From: a virus
Virus record (IMG/VR): IMGVR_UViG_3300046047_000262
Reading direction: 5' to 3' (one strand)
DNA length: 64,000 nucleotides
Made by a program: the position numbers and the translations under genes. Positions 57,903-64,000 of the stretch are shown in pieces. The stretch's first letter is position 1, and the number at the start of each line of letters is the position of its first letter. Below the pieces are notes generated by a model. It did not search any database. It was given only the letters and a program-made list of their open reading frames with translations, and was not told where the DNA came from.

Positions 57903-60308
57903 ATGACAAGAAAACTCGTACTAGTCGAATCACCTACGAAAGCCAAGCACATATCTCAATTCCTAGGCAAGGATTACACGGTAAAAGCCACTAAAGGATA
58001 TATGTTCGAGCTTATGGATACGAAACGTATACCAAAGGATAAGAAACAGGATTACGGTAACTACAGTATAAACGTGAATGATGGCTCATATGATATGCTA
58101 CTCGATTACGCCCATGATCATGGCAGATCGAGCAGGGCGGCAGTAGATGAGATCAGGAAAGCCATCGCTTCCGGAACATATGATGCTATCTACTTCTCCA
58201 CTGACCCTGATAGGGCTGGGGAAGGCATATCATACCAACTTGTCAATCATCTCCGATCCGTCATCAGTAAATCGGGTATCAAAGTATACAGGGCAACATG
58301 GCATGAGATCACGAAGAAAGCCATTGATTACGGCATCGCCCACGCTGGGACCATTGATGTGAGCATGGCGCAGGCAGACGAAGCCAGACTCGTATACGAT
58401 AGGTTGTTCGGGTACAGCGTATCACCATACCTATGGCGTGTCGTCGCATCGGGTACTTCAGGCGGCAGGGCACAATCACCGGCGTTACGACTAGTCGTAG
58501 CAAGGGAGAAGGAACGGTTGTCATTCATCAGTAGAAGTTATGGTTCCATTGATGCCTTGTTTACAATCAATCATGGTGATGTGAAAGCCCATTTACGTGA
58601 GTATGATCATCAGCACATCGCCGGATCATCATCATTCGATGATAAGGGCAACGTCAAGGAAGGAACCTTGGTGTTGACCGATGAGAACATGAAACCAGTA
58701 GGAAAACGATTGAAAACACTCTCATACCACGTGGATTCCGTTACCAAGAAGCCGTACACACGGCGACCATCGGCACCATACACGACATCGACGTTCCAGC
58801 AGGATGTGGGTACCAGATTAGGGTTATCATCCAAACAACTCATGGGAATAGCCCAGAAACTGTTCGAGGAAGGAATCATCACGTATCATCGTACTGATTC
58901 CATCGCATTATCCGATGAGGGCACTAAGGCCGCAAGGAACGCCGCGATCAGCAAGTATGGAACACCATCCGTACCATCACAGGCTAGAATATACAAGCCT
59001 AAGGGCAAGAACACTCAGGAAGGTCATGAGGCACTCAGACCGGCCACACTTGATAACGGTTCGTTCGCATTGCCGTCAGCGTTGAAATCACGATTGAACG
59101 GCATTGACAGGAAAGCATATGACGTGTACACGTGTATATGGAATAGAACGGTGGCATCACAGATGAATGATGCCAAGGGTGTCACGACGACGATCAACAT
59201 CGCAGGCGGGGATGCTGATGCCATGTTCGCATCCGTGGGCACCGTGTTCTCGGATCTGGGCTGGATGAGACTGACCAAGCCGGTGAACGATAGTGATGAT
59301 ACTAACGCATTGCCTATGGTACATGAGCATGATGAAGCGGAGTTGGTGTCCTTGAAACCAAGCATGCATGATACCGAACCACCAGCACGATTCACTGAAC
59401 CCCAACTTGTAGCGAAGCTTGAGGAACTTGGTATAGGTCGACCATCCACGTATGCCAGTATAGTTAGTGTGAATCAGGAGCGAGGGTATGTGAAGAAGAA
59501 GGGTAAAGCCATGTACCCGACGTTCCGTGGTATGCAGGTCGCTCAGATCCTTGAATCGAAGTTGTCATCGTTCGTCGATTATGGGTACACTGCTAACATG
59601 GAGACCGAGTTGGATAAGATAGAACACGGTTCCAAGAAGCGTAATGATTTCCTTGATGAGATATGGTCTGGTAAGAAGGGCATCGAGCATAATGTTCTAT
59701 CCTTGTCAAAAAACATTGATTGGGAGGAGATCAACGCATACTCGACCATTGATCTTGGTAACGGGTATATCGTACAGGTATCAAGGAATGGTGCTTGGCT
59801 TCAGAATCCCGAATCCCCGAAGAATGAACAGGGATTCAGAACGGGTGCTAAACTTGATGATGATGCGATGGTAACTGATTTCATGTCCGTTGAGACATGT
59901 GTAAGCACGTTATCACAAGCTGCTGACAGGAATGATAACAGGGAATTAGGCATTTTGTCATCAGGTCCGTATAAGGGTTGGACGGTGACTGTAAGGGATG
60001 GTAAGTACGGTGCTTACGCACAAGCGGTGAAGCCTAAAGCCACGAAGAAGGACAAGCCTGTTAACATGACGTTGACCGAGGGCATGGACATGAGGGCAGT
60101 CACTCTTGATGACATCGCTGGACTATTCGCTGAGACGAAACTTCCACGACAGCTTGGTGAGGGGTTCTTCACTGGAATCGGTAAACGCGGACCATGGATA
60201 GGATATAAGAGTAAGCCGAGGGGTAAGGCGAAGTTCAAGTCCCTACCTGATGGCAATGATCCCAGGACCATTGAGCTTGATACCGCTAAGAGCATCTGGA
60301 ACTCCTGA
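57903..60308 (+). CDS. topA: DNA topoisomerase I (type IA)
   Basis: LVESPTKAK, TDPDRAGE, GRAQS, ITYHRTDS, QEGHEALRP, GIGRPSTY; actinobacterial-type C-terminal repeats. Confidence 0.95.
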   Translation: MTRKLVLVESPTKAKHISQFLGKDYTVKATKGYMFELMDTKRIPKDKKQDYGNYSINVNDGSYDMLLDYAHDHGRSSRAAVDEIRKAIASGTYDAIYFSTDPDRAGEGISYQLVNHLRSVISKSGIKVYRATWHEITKKAIDYGIAHAGTIDVSMAQADEARLVYDRLFGYSVSPYLWRVVASGTSGGRAQSPALRLVVAREKERLSFISRSYGSIDALFTINHGDVKAHLREYDHQHIAGSSSFDDKGNVKEGTLVLTDENMKPVGKRLKTLSYHVDSVTKKPYTRRPSAPYTTSTFQQDVGTRLGLSSKQLMGIAQKLFEEGIITYHRTDSIALSDEGTKAARNAAISKYGTPSVPSQARIYKPKGKNTQEGHEALRPATLDNGSFALPSALKSRLNGIDRKAYDVYTCIWNRTVASQMNDAKGVTTTINIAGGDADAMFASVGTVFSDLGWMRLTKPVNDSDDTNALPMVHEHDEAELVSLKPSMHDTEPPARFTEPQLVAKLEELGIGRPSTYASIVSVNQERGYVKKKGKAMYPTFRGMQVAQILESKLSSFVDYGYTANMETELDKIEHGSKKRNDFLDEIWSGKKGIEHNVLSLSKNIDWEEINAYSTIDLGNGYIVQVSRNGAWLQNPESPKNEQGFRTGAKLDDDAMVTDFMSVETCVSTLSQAADRNDNRELGILSSGPYKGWTVTVRDGKYGAYAQAVKPKATKKDKPVNMTLTEGMDMRAVTLDDIAGLFAETKLPRQLGEGFFTGIGKRGPWIGYKSKPRGKAKFKSLPDGNDPRTIELDTAKSIWNS

Positions 60309-60340
60309 CATGCTATGATGACGATAAGAGAAAGGATCTG

Positions 60341-62197
60341 ATGATGTTCGATGATGTCATAGGACTGCATGATGATTTTGCCAAGGAGCTTATCCATAAT
60401 GAGACGATAACGGATCCATCATTATTCGCACATGAGATGAACATGCGTGATTACACTCATGAGAACAGTCCGAAACGTATTCGTGAACTTGATAAGACCA
60501 TGAATAGTCTGGTATTCGCTTTGACGACCAGTCCATCACTGATGATCATGGTCAGTGGTCATCGACATGTCGGTCGTACGTATGCGGTGGAATCATTATC
60601 TTGGAATTGCTATCATGGTATCAGGGTTCCCGCTTTTCTTGCCGGTCGTAAGATATACGAGGTTGATCCGGAGGTCGTTGATGGTGATGATACCAAGTCA
60701 GCGGCTTGGAACAGGTTCCTTAAAGGCGGGTATGATGCGGGCATCATTCTGCATACCGATGATTTCTCGGTTGCATCCGATATCGTGAACTCACGAACGA
60801 AGACACCTGTCATCTTGGAAGCGGAGTTGAAATCAGTACTGATGAACAAGCTCTGCGAGGATAAGGATATGAGATTCGTCACGATCAAACCAGTGAACAG
60901 GGTATCTCATCAGGTGGGGATCATCAGACGGATACTGGGTAATGATACAGGATTCATGAAACGTTTCGGTTATATACCATCCGACAGTGTGCTTACTCGA
61001 TGCGTACAGATCATTGCTCTGAACGCTGATCTGGATACGTTCAAGCCGGATGATGTCATTGAACTGGTTGAGGAGATGGTAACCGCTTACATAGTTCAGG
61101 ATGATCGCGGTGGTAAGCAGATGGATACCCGTTTCGTGAATACGTTCGTATCGAATACCTATGGTGTTCAAGCGACCGATATCAGGAACATCAGGATCAT
61201 ACCTGATCATGTTGAAGTTGACGATGTTGAGCATCATGGTGATGGTACTACGGGTTCGGGTACGTTTACCACGGATTCGTTGACCAGCAAACTGCAGTCA
61301 ATGGTCATAGGTCAGGATGATGCGATAGCAAGGATAGCACCATGTATCATCAGGCACCAAGTAGGATTGGCTGATACGCATAAACCGATAGGAAGCTTCC
61401 TTCTTGCCGGTCCATCTGGGGTAGGTAAGACGGAGACTGCTAAGGCATTGGCGAAAGTGCTATTCGGTTCAGAGGATAACATGATTCGCATAGATTGCTC
61501 GGAACTGTATGCGCCGCATATGGTTTCCAGATTACTTGGAGCTCCGCAAGGATACGTGGGGTATGGTTCAGGTGGTCAGTTAAGCAACTTCCTGTTGAAG
61601 CATCATGATAGTGTCATCCTGTTCGATGAGATCGAGAAGGCTCATCCAAGCATATATGATAGTGTGTTACTGCAGATGTTGGATGCTGGCCGTGTGACAT
61701 CCAGTCAGGATGGTGTCATTGATTGCAGTGGTACGCTCATCCTGCTGACATCGAATATAGGTTCATCACATGTTGATGATGATGGTATGAAATCCACTGG
61801 GTTCAGTAACGCTTCATATGATAGTCAGACTATTCTGGAGAAGGATATATCATCTGCGGTAAATCATAATTTCAGGGTGGAGCTTATTAACAGGTTCGAT
61901 GATGTCATTGTCTACCATCCGTTGACGGGCGATGCGTTACGGCGGATCTTCAAATTGAAGTGGAATACGATTGAGGAAAGATTAGCTGATCATGGTATTC
62001 ATGTTGAGATCGAGGAGGATGTATTCACTTCCATATCGGCTTCAATGCGAGTCGACAAGTATGGTGCAAGGAATATGCTCAGGGAGATCAACCGAAGAAT
62101 CGTTGATCCGTTAGCTGATATCATAGCTGTTAACCCTGACAGGAAGAACTTCAGGATCGTCATGGATGAAACATCACTAAGGATTCTCGATATATAA
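60341..62197 (+). CDS. ClpA/ClpB-like AAA+ ATPase (degenerate D1, intact D2)
   Basis: VIGQD.A, GPSGVGKTETAK, RIDCSE, FDEIEKAHP, ELINRFD, YGAR. Confidence 0.85.
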   Translation: MMFDDVIGLHDDFAKELIHNETITDPSLFAHEMNMRDYTHENSPKRIRELDKTMNSLVFALTTSPSLMIMVSGHRHVGRTYAVESLSWNCYHGIRVPAFLAGRKIYEVDPEVVDGDDTKSAAWNRFLKGGYDAGIILHTDDFSVASDIVNSRTKTPVILEAELKSVLMNKLCEDKDMRFVTIKPVNRVSHQVGIIRRILGNDTGFMKRFGYIPSDSVLTRCVQIIALNADLDTFKPDDVIELVEEMVTAYIVQDDRGGKQMDTRFVNTFVSNTYGVQATDIRNIRIIPDHVEVDDVEHHGDGTTGSGTFTTDSLTSKLQSMVIGQDDAIARIAPCIIRHQVGLADTHKPIGSFLLAGPSGVGKTETAKALAKVLFGSEDNMIRIDCSELYAPHMVSRLLGAPQGYVGYGSGGQLSNFLLKHHDSVILFDEIEKAHPSIYDSVLLQMLDAGRVTSSQDGVIDCSGTLILLTSNIGSSHVDDDGMKSTGFSNASYDSQTILEKDISSAVNHNFRVELINRFDDVIVYHPLTGDALRRIFKLKWNTIEERLADHGIHVEIEEDVFTSISASMRVDKYGARNMLREINRRIVDPLADIIAVNPDRKNFRIVMDETSLRILDI

Positions 62198-62258
62198 ACA
62201 GTAATGGGCACGAACCCGAAATACCAAGGTTCGTGCCCATTATCATATGGTGATGCTA

Positions 62259-63491
62259 TCAGTTGCTGGGGGTTAATCCGACAAGTCTGTTACCATTGCC
62301 ATCACCTGTGCATGTCTGCAGGTAGGTTCCTGATGATGGTGCTGTAGTCTGGTTGACATTGTTGCTGGTGACCACGTACTTCCTACCATTCACAGTAACC
62401 GTTGATCCGAGGGTAAGGTAATTGATACGGTTACCACCGGTGTTATTATGCTGGGCGTAGATGTTCGTGTTACCACCATAATAACTGATGTGGGTGAGTC
62501 CACCACGATCAACTGCTCCCTGGCATACAGGGTCGGCATCATTAGGTGTACAATCCGCTGATGAGGTATAAGAACCGTTGCTCGTATAGGTCCGTGTATA
62601 CGTTCTACCGGCCTTAGTATATGTTTTCGTATACGTTCTCTTGGCGGTACCTGTCGTCGACCTTGATGAAGACGATGCCTGCGATCTTGCAGCAGATGCT
62701 TGTGCTGCCGCTGCGGCTTGTGCGGCGGCTACTTGCTCGGCATATTGTTGTTGTGATGATTTCACCTTGTTCATGGAATCGTTTATGGCATTCACATTGG
62801 AGTTCATACCGTTAACATCAGATACCTTAGCATTCAATGAGGTATTTCCTGAGTTAATGGAATTCTGTAATTCTTGGCGAACATTGTTATCAGCTACGTT
62901 ACCGTTTGATGATGACAAGAGATCATTAGCGTTCTTCAATGTGCTCGTTAATCCTGATTTCGCGTTATCAACGGTTTTCTCGTACTTGGAATGAGTGGCT
63001 GCGGCGGACCACATTCTCAGGTTATCACCAGCTGTATCAGCGGCCTTGGTATCCTTGGTAAGTTTATTAGTGGCGTCCTTGATCTGATCAATATCCTTGC
63101 CTTCTGTAGTAAGGGTCTTGTATACCGTTGATTTTGATTCCTTCACCGCTACGGTATTCGCACTCCTCACTTTATTGAGGGCATTGGGATCCTTGACATC
63201 ACCGTCAGCCCATGTGGTTATAGCTTGGGTATCCTGTAATGATGCATTCAGATCGTTATGCTCGTCCTTATTAGCTTTAAGAGCCGTACTATAGCTTTTT
63301 TGTGCTTCGTTAAGTTGATCGGCATGGACTTTCTGCATAGTACCACCAACACATGCGATTAATAACAGTGTTACTGCAGTAGTAATAATGATGGGTTTTC
63401 TTTTACTTTTCTTGTGTTCGGTGCTTTCGAATTCCATCCCCTTGTTTTCTCCTATCATCGGGATCAATAATTGACGGAATGCTAATATCAT
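62259..63491 (-). CDS. Secreted coiled-coil protein with sortase-like C-terminal domain
   Basis: TM helix; coiled coil; YAQHN...TYLQTC. Confidence 0.6.
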   Translation of the reverse strand: MILAFRQLLIPMIGENKGMEFESTEHKKSKRKPIIITTAVTLLLIACVGGTMQKVHADQLNEAQKSYSTALKANKDEHNDLNASLQDTQAITTWADGDVKDPNALNKVRSANTVAVKESKSTVYKTLTTEGKDIDQIKDATNKLTKDTKAADTAGDNLRMWSAAATHSKYEKTVDNAKSGLTSTLKNANDLLSSSNGNVADNNVRQELQNSINSGNTSLNAKVSDVNGMNSNVNAINDSMNKVKSSQQQYAEQVAAAQAAAAAQASAARSQASSSSRSTTGTAKRTYTKTYTKAGRTYTRTYTSNGSYTSSADCTPNDADPVCQGAVDRGGLTHISYYGGNTNIYAQHNNTGGNRINYLTLGSTVTVNGRKYVVTSNNVNQTTAPSSGTYLQTCTGDGNGNRLVGLTPSN

Positions 63492-63523
63492 GGAATGTCG
63501 AATAATCGTGTTATCATGAATAT

Positions 63524-63994
63524 ATGAGCGATAACGAGCATGATCTGATCATTGGCAGGTTCCAGCCCATCCATAACGGGCATGTACGCATCATACGGAA
63601 TGCGAACTCACCTGTCGTAGCCGTCATTGGTCATTCCCATGCCGATAAGCGGAACCCATTGTCCTTACCAACTAGGATGAGCATGGTTAAGCGGACGCTT
63701 CCCGATGTGACTGTCATCAATGCCGACACGGGGTACATTCCAAGCATCATCGAGGATCTGCACGTTCCGATCAGTAGAGTGATAGCAGGTGATGACAGAG
63801 CTGATGATTATCGGAACCAGTTATCAAGGGCGAACATGGATGTTCCGGTAGTGACCATGACAAGGGGCGGTTCGGAATCATCAACCAAGGTCAGGGAGTT
63901 GGTCGTTCATGATGATCTGTTGGCGTTCATGCGTATGGTGCCTCGGTCAGCATGGTCATCATGGGGTGAGCTCAGGCATATGCTCACATCATGA
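63524..63994 (+). CDS. Cytidylyltransferase-like HxGH nucleotidyltransferase
   Basis: IGRFQPIHNGH, NPLS...R, SSTKVR. Confidence 0.8.
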   Translation: MSDNEHDLIIGRFQPIHNGHVRIIRNANSPVVAVIGHSHADKRNPLSLPTRMSMVKRTLPDVTVINADTGYIPSIIEDLHVPISRVIAGDDRADDYRNQLSRANMDVPVVTMTRGGSESSTKVRELVVHDDLLAFMRMVPRSAWSSWGELRHMLTS

Positions 63995-64000
63995 ATGATA

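Noticed and set aside
1-64000. Bacterial chromosome or jumbo-phage structural region
   Set aside because: No rRNA, ribosomal protein, metabolic operon, capsid, terminase or tail genes here. A phage or phage-plasmid identity cannot be excluded from this window alone.

Overview
This window looks like part of a very large extrachromosomal element, most likely a conjugative megaplasmid or plasmid-like giant element of an actinobacterial (possibly Bifidobacteriaceae) host. No capsid, terminase or tail genes are visible here. It encodes a ColE2/pAL5000-type replicase (partial, missing from the ORF track), Pif1 helicase, DnaX, NAD-dependent ligase, a GyrA/ParC subunit, TopA, HU, dUTPase, dCMP deaminase, NrdH, two sigma-70-like factors, a VirD4/TraD-like coupling protein, a CpaF/VirB11 ATPase, a type IV pilin, Hsp20, a Clp-like ATPase, DsbA and a Doc toxin. 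The centre (17.5-29.8 kb, minus strand) is an almost ORF-free RNA operon. I read about 54 tRNA genes covering all 20 amino acids, an RNase P RNA and many tRNA-mimic or structured RNAs. A tmRNA lies at about 5.1-5.5 kb, and an RNase Z-like gene with an in-frame TGA sits just downstream of the array. The best candidates for new biology are: (1) a portable N-terminal Cys/His motif on five unrelated proteins, including the ligase; (2) a codon-diverse leader peptide with alternative hairpins that may attenuate the tRNA operon; and (3) tRNA-elbow mimics (double-elbow, two-T-arm, permuted Y-RNA-like, and mini-tRNAs). All folding and family calls were made by eye, without searches.
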